Shown here: piece by piece, positions 1-10,504 of the stretch | Layout of the letters: each line of letters opens with the position of its first letter | Numbering within the stretch: position 1 is the stretch's first letter | Source: Bacteroidia bacterium | Lineage (GTDB): Bacteria; Bacteroidota; Ignavibacteria; UBA10030 | Direction: 5' to 3' | Length of the DNA: 64,000 nucleotides | Assembly: GCA_022180565.1 (NCBI GenBank) | Contig: BQML01000006.1 | Span: 2,504 to 66,503, forward strand | Program-made: the position numbers and the translations under genes | Notes under the pieces: model-generated | What the model was told of the DNA's origin: nothing | The model's database searches: none | Seen by the model: only the letters and a program-made list of their open reading frames with translations

Positions 1-406
1 TGAAGCGGTATTCGGAGGTGATTTGATGCCTGATGCCGGCCTTTTCCGCCGCATCGAGAATTTCGCGGGCTTCGGCTTCGTTGAAAGCCAGCGGCTTCTC
101 GCAGTACACATGCTTGCCGTTCTCAATTGCAGCAAGCAGAGCATCCTTGTGCATCCTGTTCGGTGTGCAGATGTTCACAACATCGATGTCGTCGCGCGCA
201 ACAAGCTCCCTAAAATCCGTTGTGCCGAACTCGAAACCGGCTTGTTCGACCCCCTTACGGACCAGAGCCTCATTCGAATCGCAAACTCCTTTGAGGATGA
301 TGCGGCACGGGTTCCCGTCGTAGTACAGGGGAATGGAGCGGTACGCATAGGTGTGAATCCTGCCCATCTGACCGAACCCAATGATGCCGATGCGGAGCTC
401 TTTCAT
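1..406 (-). CDS. Gfo/Idh/MocA family oxidoreductase, runs off the left edge
   Basis: Not in the ORF track. My translation from ATG 406: MKELRIGIIGFGQMGRIH...DIDVVNICTPNRMH...GKHVYCEKPLA (GxGxxG, TP and CEKP motifs). ATGA overlap with the upstream stop. Confidence 0.93.
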   Translation of the reverse strand, partial: MKELRIGIIGFGQMGRIHTYAYRSIPLYYDGNPCRIILKGVCDSNEALVRKGVEQAGFEFGTTDFRELVARDDIDVVNICTPNRMHKDALLAAIENGKHVYCEKPLAFNEAEAREILDAAEKAGIRHQITSEYRF

Positions 407-1257
407 TGTTGGCCTCCGCTGCCGACCATGGCGAGAGCGTCCTTGACGGAAGCACCCTGGTGCACGATTGCCGCGAGGGCATGAAGAATGCCCGAGGGGT
501 GGGCATGCTGCCAGACGTTCCGTCCGAACACAATGCCTCTCGCCCCGGCGTCCATGGCATCTTTGACCATTTGCAGCATGTCCATGTCGGAATCCATCTT
601 CGGACCGCCCCGCACGAGGATCGGAGCCGACGAAAGCGAAACCAGTTGCTCGAATTGCCGGCGCGACTCGGGATAATCGGCCTTGATCACATCGGCGCCG
701 ATCTCGGAGGCCATACGAACGATCAGCTTCATGATCTCGAAATCCCGAACGACATTCGACCCCTTTTGGATTGCGAGGGGTTCAACAATGAACGGAATTG
801 CGTTGACACGGGCTTCTGCGGCAAGAGTAGAGAGAGTGCTGACATTGTCGGCCTCCTGAGCATCCGTGTCGTATCCGGCGAAGAGGAAGGTTACCACGGC
901 ATCGGCCCCGAGCTGGATTGCATCGCGGACCGAAGCGACCTGCGCATAGTAGCCCTCCTTGGGTGCAGGAGATTTTCTCCAGATATTTGTGGCATCGAGA
1001 CGAATCACAACGCCCGGCTTGTCCTTTCCGCGAAAATGGCCCAAGCATGCGCGGGCCGTTCCCGGGGTCATCTGTATGGCATCCGGCTTGCCCGGAAGCA
1101 ACGTTCGCACTGCCGAATCAACGTTTTCCACTCCGGGGAGCGGACCGATAAACAGTCCGTGATCGATGGCCACAACGATCCCGTTTCCGGTGTCAGGGTT
1201 GAGGATTCTTCCGAGACGAAGCTGTGTACCGGCCAAATGGGACATAGGAAACCTCAT
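403..1257 (-). CDS. DhnA-type class I aldolase (FbaB/LsrF/ADH-synthase family)
   Basis: VAIDHG, LGADAV, EIGADVIKADY (Schiff-base Lys), RGG and GIVFGRNVWQ motifs. ATGA overlaps at both ends. Confidence 0.9.
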   Translation of the reverse strand: MRFPMSHLAGTQLRLGRILNPDTGNGIVVAIDHGLFIGPLPGVENVDSAVRTLLPGKPDAIQMTPGTARACLGHFRGKDKPGVVIRLDATNIWRKSPAPKEGYYAQVASVRDAIQLGADAVVTFLFAGYDTDAQEADNVSTLSTLAAEARVNAIPFIVEPLAIQKGSNVVRDFEIMKLIVRMASEIGADVIKADYPESRRQFEQLVSLSSAPILVRGGPKMDSDMDMLQMVKDAMDAGARGIVFGRNVWQHAHPSGILHALAAIVHQGASVKDALAMVGSGGQQ

Positions 1258-3971
1258 TTCTTCGGTTTTGGTGTTTCAACGTCAAGCCTGACGGTCGCGA
1301 TCTCAAAGGGTCTCAACCGAAGCCTGATCGTTCGCCGTTTCATCACACGGACAGGCTTTAACGGCGATTCATCGAGTCTGCACAGAACGGCACTGCGAAC
1401 CGGCAGATAGCTGGTCAACACACCCTGAACCGGCTGTCCGACGGGATTATAGACCCGAACGATCACTCCGCTCCCGGCTTCCGCTTCCTTGATCGTGCTG
1501 AGTTGAATGTTCCCTTCGACCGAAAACCAACTGCGATCGAGCACCGTCTGGTCATTTTTTCGGTTCACCGTGAACGGCGTGACGGTATAGAATTCCGCCT
1601 CCCTCAACACCACGGGCCAGAACACGTCTTCCTCCCCGCCATGCGGCACAAGGGCGTATTCGAAAACATGTCGGCCCAAACACTGTGCTTCCGGCGTCTC
1701 CGTCCACCACCCCGCTGCACCACCAGGGCGCGTGAGAAGGTTGCGTCCGGACAGCTTTCCCACACACCGAAGAAGGGTTAACGAGAGTTTCCCACGCTCG
1801 CGCACTCCCAGTTCGTATTCGGGTAGCCCGCGCGCGAGCAGTGTCAATCCCTTCCGCCCATCCCTCAGCGAGACGAATCTCTTCATCGGTGCCACCAGGG
1901 CGGGATGTTCGTACGGAAACTCCTGCACATCGTATTCACGGTGTGTGCGGTGCACAACGGCAAAAGGCGTTTCGGCAAAGGACTCGACAGTATCAACGCC
2001 CGTGCGGAATATCGCCCGAAGACGATGATCTCTTGCGGTGTTCTCGATTTCAGTTTTCACCTCGACACGCCGCGCATCGGGGGTCAGCATGAGCGTTGTG
2101 GTCAGCGGAAGATCAACCAATTCACCGGATCTTCCCTGTTCATCCGGCGTCGCAGAAACGGGCACGCGCAGGACGATTCCGATCTTCAAGGACACACGGA
2201 GAGGGTTTGCCTCGATAACGGTGATCTTCGCGTTTCCTCCTGAAGAATCGACCATCGTATCATGTTTGGGATAGGAATAGTTGTATTCGTCTCCCACGTC
2301 TCCCGAATCTTCGAACGAATTCAATGGACCGTACCGGACACCGGTCGTCTTGTCCGTCAGCGACCACGAACCGTCGGGATGCACTTCGATCCGAAGGTAC
2401 TTGTTCTCAAGATAATTGTGACCCGCGGAAAGCCCGTCCCGGCTCTCAACGAACGGAGGCACATCCCTGATCACCCTGTATCCCTTCCATCCGAGCGCGG
2501 GAATCTCCTCAGCGTTCATAATGATTCGCCACCTGTCGACGAGGATCTGGCTTGGGTAATCATGCTTCGAATACACGATGCCGAATGTTTCTTTTCGCTC
2601 CAGAACATGGTACGGTACGGGTTTTCCGCCGGAATCCTCCAACCGAAAGCTCTTTGGCCCAGCGAGCTTTGGAGCGACATGAACTTCCGGGTTCAATCCG
2701 ACGACGACGTCCTGCAAGGTGAAATCGACGTGGGCTTCCACAACCTCCGTGCGCGTCATGGGGGAGGGATTGAAAACAAACAGGAAGCGGTCGTCTCCCT
2801 TGGCCTTTTCGTCGTATGGTAAAAGTGCGTTCAGGGACTCCTGGAGGGCAAAAGCACCGATGTTCTTTGCTTTTTCATAGCGGCTCACCATTTCCCGATG
2901 CACTTCGTCGGTGCTCGTTCCGCAAATGGCATCGTGATCGTGATTCTGAATGACATATTTCCATGCCTGCTCGATCTGGGCTGTGATCGACCGCGCCCCC
3001 ATCATCATGGCAAAGACATTCAGAGGATCCACCATCCGTTCCAGAAGATTCTCGCCGGCGGCGTTCATTTGTTTCAGGTACATCCTGCTGGAATACACGC
3101 CGCCCTGGACGACGAATGCATGCCGGTATCCAAACCGCGTTTCACCATTCAGAACGGGGAGTTTTGATGGCTTGATCTCTCGCCGGAGCCTGGAGAAAAA
3201 TTCAGGAAAACTGCTGTGGACCACATTCACACCCAGGCGCTTACGCAGGATTTGGATAGCCCCGGTGACTGCCTCGTCGGGCCAGTGGTGATCCCCGCCG
3301 TTGAAGAACAATCTTTGCGAGGTCGTGGACCGTTCGTCGAGTTCCTTTTGCATCCTGCGGAACTTTCCGATAACGACGCCCTCGTCCTGTGTCCCGAAGT
3401 ATCCCGCGCTATAGCCGTCTTTGGGCATGTGGTGCAAGAGCACCTTCGAGCCATCCGGCCCGATCCACCAGTATTCCGAGGGTTCCTGCCCGGGCTCTCC
3501 GCCGAATCCACGATAGAACATTGCCGTGTCAAGGCCGAAACCGCGAAGGATCTGAGGCATTTGTGCAATATGAGCGAACTGGTCCGGAATGTAACCAATC
3601 TTCATGACGCCCCCGAGGTCTTTTCCATAACGCATACCGAGCAGGAGATTTCGGATCTGTCCTTCTCCGCCCGCAAGGAACTCATCCTGCAAGATATACC
3701 AGGGTCCGATGAAGAGCTTCTTTTGCTTGATGAGTTTTGCGATGGTTTTTCTCCGGTCGGGCCGGATTTCGAGATAATCCAGAACAGCCGCGAGCTGGCC
3801 ATCAAGCGTATAGCTTCTGAAGCCCCGATCCTTTTGGAACATCCCAAGCAAATCTTCGATCATTTCCACGAGCATTGCGCGGAATCGATCAAAGGGGAAG
3901 TACCACTCTCTGTCCCAATGAGAATGGGATACAATGTGATAGGTAGGTTTCTTTGCCTTCGTTGCTTTCAT
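1254..3971 (-). CDS. GH38 alpha-mannosidase (MngB-like), no signal peptide
   Basis: HSHWDREW, LDGQ, GPWYIL.DEF, YIPDQF, NHDHDAICGTS and TLLRCVG motifs. Start moved to ATG 3971 (ATGA overlap). Confidence 0.92.
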   Translation of the reverse strand: MKATKAKKPTYHIVSHSHWDREWYFPFDRFRAMLVEMIEDLLGMFQKDRGFRSYTLDGQLAAVLDYLEIRPDRRKTIAKLIKQKKLFIGPWYILQDEFLAGGEGQIRNLLLGMRYGKDLGGVMKIGYIPDQFAHIAQMPQILRGFGLDTAMFYRGFGGEPGQEPSEYWWIGPDGSKVLLHHMPKDGYSAGYFGTQDEGVVIGKFRRMQKELDERSTTSQRLFFNGGDHHWPDEAVTGAIQILRKRLGVNVVHSSFPEFFSRLRREIKPSKLPVLNGETRFGYRHAFVVQGGVYSSRMYLKQMNAAGENLLERMVDPLNVFAMMMGARSITAQIEQAWKYVIQNHDHDAICGTSTDEVHREMVSRYEKAKNIGAFALQESLNALLPYDEKAKGDDRFLFVFNPSPMTRTEVVEAHVDFTLQDVVVGLNPEVHVAPKLAGPKSFRLEDSGGKPVPYHVLERKETFGIVYSKHDYPSQILVDRWRIIMNAEEIPALGWKGYRVIRDVPPFVESRDGLSAGHNYLENKYLRIEVHPDGSWSLTDKTTGVRYGPLNSFEDSGDVGDEYNYSYPKHDTMVDSSGGNAKITVIEANPLRVSLKIGIVLRVPVSATPDEQGRSGELVDLPLTTTLMLTPDARRVEVKTEIENTARDHRLRAIFRTGVDTVESFAETPFAVVHRTHREYDVQEFPYEHPALVAPMKRFVSLRDGRKGLTLLARGLPEYELGVRERGKLSLTLLRCVGKLSGRNLLTRPGGAAGWWTETPEAQCLGRHVFEYALVPHGGEEDVFWPVVLREAEFYTVTPFTVNRKNDQTVLDRSWFSVEGNIQLSTIKEAEAGSGVIVRVYNPVGQPVQGVLTSYLPVRSAVLCRLDESPLKPVRVMKRRTIRLRLRPFEIATVRLDVETPKPKK

Positions 3972-4918
3972 GAACGCACGTAGGAATCGAACGATCGAAT
4001 GGCCGTCGATGCCCCGACGGCGCTTACACAATCTGCCGCGACCGCATTCGCAATCCCGGCCGCCGTGAACGGATCATGGCCTTTCAACAACGCCGCGACC
4101 ATGCCGGCAACAAACGCATCCCCGGCACCCGTAGTGTCCGCCACCGTGCGAACGCGGACAGCCGGCACATACGCTCCCCTTGCGCCATCGTCAATATAGC
4201 ATCCTCTTGCTCCAAGCTTCACCCCCACGATTCCGCTCTTCATGACTCTCCGCAATTTGCGAACGATGGATTCCACGCTCTTCGCTCCTGTGAGACGCAC
4301 CGCCTCCGCAAAACTCGGCACAAAACAATCCACGGAGGAAAGCAGGGCCATCAGGGGACGTTCGGCCATCCTCGGAGGAATTCCTCCGGTATCAAGCACG
4401 ATCCGGCATCCCGCGTGTTCGCGGATCGTCCGCAAAAGACGGGGCAATTCATCGTGCATTTCGGGAAGAAGTCCAAGATAACCAAACACAAGCCATGAGG
4501 AACGTCGCAAGAGATCGGAATGTGCCAGAACATCCTGAGGGCGGAACCTTGCCATACAGCCGCGTGTATGAAAAAATGTTCGTTCCCCGCTCTTGTCCAC
4601 CGCAACAAAGGTCGCCGAGGTTTGCGCTTCACCATCGACTGTGACGCCCGAGGTCTCGAGGCCGAGCCTCGCATACTCTTGCAACAAGAAACGTCCAAAG
4701 CTGTCGTTCCCCACACGCGTGATTGCACCAATCCGAAAGCCCAGCTTTGCGAGGTCGATTCCGACATTCGAAACATTCCCTCCGGTTGTCATGGTCAGGA
4801 AATCCACCTCGGCCAGACTGCCCTTTCTGGGGGGACGGTGAACATTCACCGGTTTGCCGATGATGTCCACAACGGCAAGACCGGCAACGACGACATCCAG
4901 GTTCGGCGCTTCGCTCAT
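3968..4918 (-). CDS. PfkB/ribokinase family carbohydrate kinase
   Basis: GGNVSNVG, VGND.FG, VKLGARG and DTTGAGDAF signatures. Confidence 0.93.
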   Translation of the reverse strand: MSEAPNLDVVVAGLAVVDIIGKPVNVHRPPRKGSLAEVDFLTMTTGGNVSNVGIDLAKLGFRIGAITRVGNDSFGRFLLQEYARLGLETSGVTVDGEAQTSATFVAVDKSGERTFFHTRGCMARFRPQDVLAHSDLLRRSSWLVFGYLGLLPEMHDELPRLLRTIREHAGCRIVLDTGGIPPRMAERPLMALLSSVDCFVPSFAEAVRLTGAKSVESIVRKLRRVMKSGIVGVKLGARGCYIDDGARGAYVPAVRVRTVADTTGAGDAFVAGMVAALLKGHDPFTAAGIANAVAADCVSAVGASTAIRSFDSYVRS

Positions 4919-4926
4919 ACTTCTCT

Positions 4927-6744
4927 CTATTCGGTCACCCGAAGGGCTTTGAAATCCAGCACACGCCTCTCGCCGCCATGAGTAATCGTCAATCGTTCAC
5001 TTCCGACTTCCGCGTTCAGAAACGGACCTTCGAAGAGGCGGGTTCTCTTCAAATCCACCCTTTTTCCGTTCAGCACCCGGCCATCAGGAAAGGAGAATCT
5101 CATGAGTGCCCCATCGATTGTTCGATATTCAACCGAAACGGTTCCCGGTTTCAGTGTTGCTTTTGGAATGTGTGCCCTCAGTTTTGCTGTGAATTCGTTG
5201 AACGCGCCGATCTCTGCTTTCGACCGTACTTCAACGACGTACCCGTTCTGCAGTTTGTGGCTTCTGAGTCTCCAGTTCCCCATGGGGGGCCGGTCGGTCT
5301 CCATTTCAGGCCTTCCGATGGTGTTCTTGGTCTGCCCGGGCTTCTCATACTCGGCGATCCATTCATACTCCTGCAATGGGTACCATCCGACGTAGGTGTC
5401 TCCTGCGCGGCAGACAATCCATCCGGATGGATCAACACTGCGATGATCAAGCGTCATCGGAAAGAACCCGTCGATATGTTCCGTCGTCGTTCCCGGTTCG
5501 ATGTCGTACAGCACGATCAACGTGTTCTTATGCTGAAACGTGCGTTCAAATGGGGAACTTCCGGTCCATTTGTCCGGATTGTTGTACGTCCCCTTCGACG
5601 CAACAACGTCGGAGATCATCATGCGCTCCTCCTCGGGGAAGAACATGATCAACTCGAGGGCGGACCAGTACGGATGGAGACCAAAGATCGTCGTGTAGGG
5701 TTCGCCGCTCGTGAACCTGACGCTCCAGGTGTGCTGTTGAATGGGCTGAAGAATGCCGCCCTGCAATGAGCTCAGACCGTAATCCTTGGTAATGAAGGAG
5801 TACTTATAGACCGGCGGGTTCTTTTCGCTTCCAAGCCGAATAATATTGCGTACTCTCTTTCGTTCTTTGTGAACGTACGGTTTGGATCGGTCCACCGCCA
5901 CACGATAGATGATGTGTGGGAGACGGTACGATGAGAGCGCAGGCAGGAGGGCCCAGCCGGATTGGGTGGGTTTTCCAGTGCCGAAGTACAGCCAGGCGAA
6001 CGCGGAGGCCTGGGAAAGGAGGGGCTTGTACACCGCCGGCTGATAGATACGGCTGAATCCTCCGATATACTGACCTTCGAGATGGTCCACGGCAAAATCC
6101 GCCAGAAGGTAATCGGCCATCATTCGCCCTCTTGTTCTCATGTCGGCATCCTGCGCAAACTGGGCGAGCAAGACCATGGGAATGACGTACTCCGGCAAAT
6201 AATCCGGCGAATCAAATTCACCCTGTCCGATCGTTGTGGTGATGCGGATCCATTCGATCAGATATTCTTTTGCTTCGATTCGGTTCTCGTCCGAGCTCTT
6301 CCCATTGTACCATTCGGATCCCGGCAACCCCGGCCATTGCTCCGCCGCCAGGAAAAGCGATGCATAGTACATGCACCAGTGGTTTTCCGTGTCGCCCCGA
6401 TACGGAGTGTACGTCTTCCACGCATTCCTCACAGCCGCCCGGGTCTCTTCCGACATCTTGTCCTTTCCGTGCAGGTAGGCCCCCATGACCGGGAACATCC
6501 AAAACATATCGCCGCGGGGCTCCCGCAGGGCCTCGACGAACAGGCTGTCCGCGAGCCTCACATTGTTTCTGGTCGCGTACCGTGCCGCAATCGTGTAATA
6601 GGATGCGGACGTGGAGGTATCAAACGCCGCTACGATGTGCGCGGCCCTTTCTGTGTATTCCCGAAGGTACGTTTCGGGGTCTTGGATCTGGCCGAAGCAA
6701 ACCGCGGCAGCACCGACACAGAGAATGGAGAGGAGTTTCATCAT
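4927..6744 (-). CDS. Secreted uncharacterised protein, predicted (alpha/alpha) toroid + beta-sandwich (lyase-like); paralog of 7760-9529
   Basis: Signal peptide MMKLLSILCVGAAAVCFG|Q. YRGDTENHW, GQGEFDSP.Y and LQPIQQHTW blocks are shared with the paralog. The fold is inferred. Confidence 0.7.
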   Translation of the reverse strand: MMKLLSILCVGAAAVCFGQIQDPETYLREYTERAAHIVAAFDTSTSASYYTIAARYATRNNVRLADSLFVEALREPRGDMFWMFPVMGAYLHGKDKMSEETRAAVRNAWKTYTPYRGDTENHWCMYYASLFLAAEQWPGLPGSEWYNGKSSDENRIEAKEYLIEWIRITTTIGQGEFDSPDYLPEYVIPMVLLAQFAQDADMRTRGRMMADYLLADFAVDHLEGQYIGGFSRIYQPAVYKPLLSQASAFAWLYFGTGKPTQSGWALLPALSSYRLPHIIYRVAVDRSKPYVHKERKRVRNIIRLGSEKNPPVYKYSFITKDYGLSSLQGGILQPIQQHTWSVRFTSGEPYTTIFGLHPYWSALELIMFFPEEERMMISDVVASKGTYNNPDKWTGSSPFERTFQHKNTLIVLYDIEPGTTTEHIDGFFPMTLDHRSVDPSGWIVCRAGDTYVGWYPLQEYEWIAEYEKPGQTKNTIGRPEMETDRPPMGNWRLRSHKLQNGYVVEVRSKAEIGAFNEFTAKLRAHIPKATLKPGTVSVEYRTIDGALMRFSFPDGRVLNGKRVDLKRTRLFEGPFLNAEVGSERLTITHGGERRVLDFKALRVTE

Positions 6745-6755
6745 GATCGCCGTCC

Positions 6756-7763
6756 TTATCGTTCTATCACGATTCTTCCCACTTGTGCTCCCGGTAAGCC
6801 CACCGCACGCCACGTTTCACCCTTGTCGTCCGATCGATACACCCCCGCTCCCATGGTGCCCGCGTAAACACGATTCGGATGCACGGGATCCACGGCAATG
6901 GAATGAATGTGCTCGATTTCGAAACCCTGGCAAGTTCGTTTCCAGGAAGTGCCCCCGTCCGTCGATCGGTACACCCCTGTCGCATATCCTCCCGCATAGA
7001 CGATCGATGGATCCCGGGGATCGTAGGCAATCGTGTAGAATGTTGCGTGGTCAATCCCTGCTTCACGTTTTTCCCATGTTTTGCCGCCGTTGGAAGAAGC
7101 GTAAATCCCATGGTTCTCCGTGCCGGCAAGGAGTGTCAGGGGATCTTTTGGATGTTGGGTGACTGTTCGGGTCCTGTCGATCGAAAGACCGGTCCTCTTC
7201 CATGTCTCTCCGCGATCCGTGCTCTTGTACAATCCTATTTCCGTTGCGGCGTAGAGAATGGATGGATCGAACCGGTCAACAATGACGCAGGAAACAAAAC
7301 CGGTGAACACCTGCTTCCACGTATCGCCCATGTCCGTCGATTTGTAGATCCCGTACGCCGTTCCGATAAACACGTTCATCGAGTCCGTGCGGTCGAGGGC
7401 CACGGCCCAAATCTCTGTAATCCTCCATCCGGTCGTGATCTTCCAGCTGCGCCCGCCGTCCCTCGTCCGATGCAAACCGTTCCCGGATGCCGTGTAACGA
7501 ATCCGCCCATTCACCCCGGGGAACACCGCCAGGGCATTTGCCCGTATGTTTTTCGCTCCCGTGTGATGCCAGACGGTATCCTCCGATGGTTTCTGGAAGA
7601 ACATGCCCGTTTGCGGATTGGCGGCCCCGACGACGAACAATTTTGTCGAAAACACGCTGACGTACACCGTCGGTTCGTCCGTTTGCCCGTAGAGAGACAC
7701 CATGAGGCAAGTCAACAAACCGGCAATGATGACGCTTCTGATAACCATGGCATCTTCTCTCAT
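6756..7763 (-). CDS. Secreted BNR/Asp-box beta-propeller protein (VPS10/GH74-like repeats)
   Basis: Repeated S/T-x-D-x-G-x-T/S-W Asp-boxes (TRDGGRSW, STDMGDTW, STDRGETW, STDGGTSW, SDDKGETW). Signal peptide present. Confidence 0.85.
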   Translation of the reverse strand: MREDAMVIRSVIIAGLLTCLMVSLYGQTDEPTVYVSVFSTKLFVVGAANPQTGMFFQKPSEDTVWHHTGAKNIRANALAVFPGVNGRIRYTASGNGLHRTRDGGRSWKITTGWRITEIWAVALDRTDSMNVFIGTAYGIYKSTDMGDTWKQVFTGFVSCVIVDRFDPSILYAATEIGLYKSTDRGETWKRTGLSIDRTRTVTQHPKDPLTLLAGTENHGIYASSNGGKTWEKREAGIDHATFYTIAYDPRDPSIVYAGGYATGVYRSTDGGTSWKRTCQGFEIEHIHSIAVDPVHPNRVYAGTMGAGVYRSDDKGETWRAVGLPGAQVGRIVIER

Positions 7764-9529
7764 TCCATGATCTCGGTTGTATTGAAATCCAGCGTCCTCG
7801 ATCGACCTTTGTACCGCATGGTAATGCGTCCGCTTCCGCGCTCACTCTGGAGGAACGGTCCCTCAAAAAAACCATAGTCCGTCAGGTGAATCTCTTTTCC
7901 GTTCACCATTCGGGTTCCATCAAAAGAGAAACGCAGATCGACCCCCTGTCGATTGCGGTAGGACAGAGACAGAGTGGTGTTGAATGCGGAGGTGTCCAGC
8001 CGTGTTGTTGCAAGCGATGTCCGAAATGCCTCCCAGGACCCATCCTCACGCTCCGACCCGACTTCAACAATCACACCGTTTTTGAGCTGGTGGCTTCTCC
8101 ACCGCCAGTTCACCGTTTCTTCAATCCACTGCCCGCGCCTCACCGGATGGAGGGCGACGTACACTTTCCCTGCACGGCAGAGGATCCATCCCGCCGATTC
8201 CATGCGTTCATCCAGGTTCTTCGGGAAAAAGCCGTCGATATGCGGATGCATCTCCCCCTCCTTTATATTATAGAGGACGATCAGCGTATTGCGATGCTGA
8301 AACGTCCTTTCGTAAGGGGAGCTGGAATTCCATTTGTCCGGACTCGTGTACACCAGATGGTACCGGTCCACTTCATCGGCCAAAAACTTGATTTCCTCGG
8401 GAAAAAACATGGCAAGTTCCTTTCCCGATGCGTATGGATGAAGAGTGAAGATCGTATTGTTCGGCCTTCCCGATGCGAACGTTACATCCCAGGTATGCTG
8501 TTGAATGGGCTGGAGAATGCCTCCGTGCAGAGAGCCAAGGATGTAATCGGAGGTGACGTAGGTGTATTTGTACACGGGCGGGTTTTTCTCCGTTCCAAGC
8601 CTGATGACATTTCGGACGCGTTTCGTTTCGGTGTGTACGTACGGTTCGGACCGGTCGGTGGCAATGGACCGGATCATGGGCGGAAGACGATAGGAACCCA
8701 AGGCCCCGAAAGCCGTCTCCCAACCGCCCCGGTTTCTGGGACGAAACCGCGCCTCTTCCCACTGTTCAAACTCCGGTTTTCCGAAATAGAGCCAGGCCCA
8801 CATCGTGCTTGGTGCCCCTAAGGGGTTGATGATATCCTCGGGGTAGTCCCTGCTGTGACCGCCTCCGTAATTGCCTTCGAGATGCTCGGCGGCAAAATCC
8901 GCGAAGAGCAGATCCAGCATCATCCCCGCCCTCTTCTTCATCACGGGATCTTCGGCAAACTCATGGAGAACGATCATCGGAGTCAGAAACGTCGTGATGT
9001 ACGTCGGTGAATCGAACTCACCCTGCCCGATTGTGGCGCTTGTGGTCATCCAGTGACCGAGCCATTCGGCCGCTTCCTGAAAATTTTCCTCTGAGGATTT
9101 TCCATTGAACCAAGTGTCCCGGCCCTCTCCCGGCCAGGTCTGTGCCGCCAGGTAAAGGCCCGTATAGTACATGACCCAGTGATTCTCCGTGTCGCCGCGG
9201 TACATCGTGCGGTCCCGAAATGCCAGCCGGACTTTTGCATGGAGCGAATCGGGCAATGCATCCCTCGTGAAGAGATAGGCACCGATCAACGAGTAAGCAT
9301 AGAACATTCCGCCCATCGCCCTGTCACGCGTAAGTGAATCGAGCAGGAGACAGGCGCCCGCCAGGTCCCTTCCGGTGCGAACCTTCGCGGCAATGACGTA
9401 GGGGCTCACTTCGTTCTCGGCGCTGACAACCTCGAGTAATCTTGAAGATCGCACATCAAAGACCGGGTCATCCTGCGCTGTACAGGAACCCAGAACAAAA
9501 CAAACGGCCGCAAGCAGAAGCAGTTTCAT
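7760..9529 (-). CDS. Lipoprotein, uncharacterised toroid/lyase-like protein; paralog of 4927-6744
   Basis: Start moved to ATG 9529 (ATGA overlap): MKLLLLAAVCFVLGS|C lipobox. Same conserved blocks as 4927-6744. Confidence 0.72.
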   Translation of the reverse strand: MKLLLLAAVCFVLGSCTAQDDPVFDVRSSRLLEVVSAENEVSPYVIAAKVRTGRDLAGACLLLDSLTRDRAMGGMFYAYSLIGAYLFTRDALPDSLHAKVRLAFRDRTMYRGDTENHWVMYYTGLYLAAQTWPGEGRDTWFNGKSSEENFQEAAEWLGHWMTTSATIGQGEFDSPTYITTFLTPMIVLHEFAEDPVMKKRAGMMLDLLFADFAAEHLEGNYGGGHSRDYPEDIINPLGAPSTMWAWLYFGKPEFEQWEEARFRPRNRGGWETAFGALGSYRLPPMIRSIATDRSEPYVHTETKRVRNVIRLGTEKNPPVYKYTYVTSDYILGSLHGGILQPIQQHTWDVTFASGRPNNTIFTLHPYASGKELAMFFPEEIKFLADEVDRYHLVYTSPDKWNSSSPYERTFQHRNTLIVLYNIKEGEMHPHIDGFFPKNLDERMESAGWILCRAGKVYVALHPVRRGQWIEETVNWRWRSHQLKNGVIVEVGSEREDGSWEAFRTSLATTRLDTSAFNTTLSLSYRNRQGVDLRFSFDGTRMVNGKEIHLTDYGFFEGPFLQSERGSGRITMRYKGRSRTLDFNTTEIME

Positions 9530-10503
9530 TGTGTCGAGAGGCCCCAGATCTGTCCCTGGTCCTGGCTGTTCAATTTCCATGTCCGTCCCCCATCCGTACT
9601 GCGGTACAAACCGCCGTTCAATGTGCCCGCAAAGACGACGTTGGGGCGTGTTTTCATGACAAGCAAGCAATGCACAACCGGGATCCCGAGGCCCTTCGAA
9701 GAACGCGTCCATCTCTCGCCGCCGTTCACAGTGATGTACACACCGCCTCCATGCGTTCCAGCATAAAGGATGGAGGGATTGTTGGGGTGGACGGCGATGG
9801 CATACACCGTCTGATGCCTGAGGCCCGCGCTCCTCTGCATCCATGTCCTTCCCCCGTCCGATGAACGGAACACCCCGTCATTTTCCGTGCCCACCCACAA
9901 GACCTCAGGTCGAACGGGGTCCTGCACAATCACTCTGATCTGCTTTGCTTGGAGAGCTGTCGGTGCCCATGTTTCTCCCGCATCGCGGCTCATCAGCAAA
10001 CCTTCCTCCGTGGCCGCAAAGATTCGTCGTGAATCCGATCGATCCACGAGGACATCCGACGCAAAGGGCAATTTCAGCCCGAGTGGCTTCTCCTCCCATG
10101 TTTCTCCGGAATCCGCCGTCTTGAATATTCCATACGCTGTCGCGGCGTAGACGGTGGAGGGATCCGATGGATCGCAATCAATCTTCAACACCTCGGTTAT
10201 CCTCCACCCCGTGGTAATGCGCCAGTGTTTTCCGCCGTCATCCGATCGCAGGACACCGTTCCCGCAGGCAGACCAGATTACGCCGTCGGATGCCGCCTCC
10301 GTATAGAAGGTCCTGATGTATTCCTTCCACCCCCGATGCTCCCAGGTCTCTCCGCCGTCGGTACTCACGAAAACACCCACCACAGGGTTGTCGCTCACGT
10401 TCAGTCGGTGCTTGCGGGAACTCAGGACGGACATCACCAGGGTTTCCGTCTGCCCCACCGCCTCCGCTCCCGCTACGGCAAGGACCGTCAGCATGATGAA
10501 CAT
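9526..10503 (-). CDS. Secreted BNR/Asp-box beta-propeller protein; paralog of 6756-7763
   Basis: Asp-boxes STDGGETW, SDDGGKHW, SRDAGETW, SSDGGRTW, STDGGRTW. Shares W.ITTGWRITE with the paralog. Start ATG 10503 lies just after the upstream stop. Confidence 0.85.
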   Translation of the reverse strand: MFIMLTVLAVAGAEAVGQTETLVMSVLSSRKHRLNVSDNPVVGVFVSTDGGETWEHRGWKEYIRTFYTEAASDGVIWSACGNGVLRSDDGGKHWRITTGWRITEVLKIDCDPSDPSTVYAATAYGIFKTADSGETWEEKPLGLKLPFASDVLVDRSDSRRIFAATEEGLLMSRDAGETWAPTALQAKQIRVIVQDPVRPEVLWVGTENDGVFRSSDGGRTWMQRSAGLRHQTVYAIAVHPNNPSILYAGTHGGGVYITVNGGERWTRSSKGLGIPVVHCLLVMKTRPNVVFAGTLNGGLYRSTDGGRTWKLNSQDQGQIWGLSTQ

Positions 10504-10504
10504 C

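Noticed and set aside
6756-10503. Sialidase or xyloglucanase call for the propellers
   Set aside because: Asp-boxes only: no RIP motif was seen, and each protein is too short for a double-propeller GH74.
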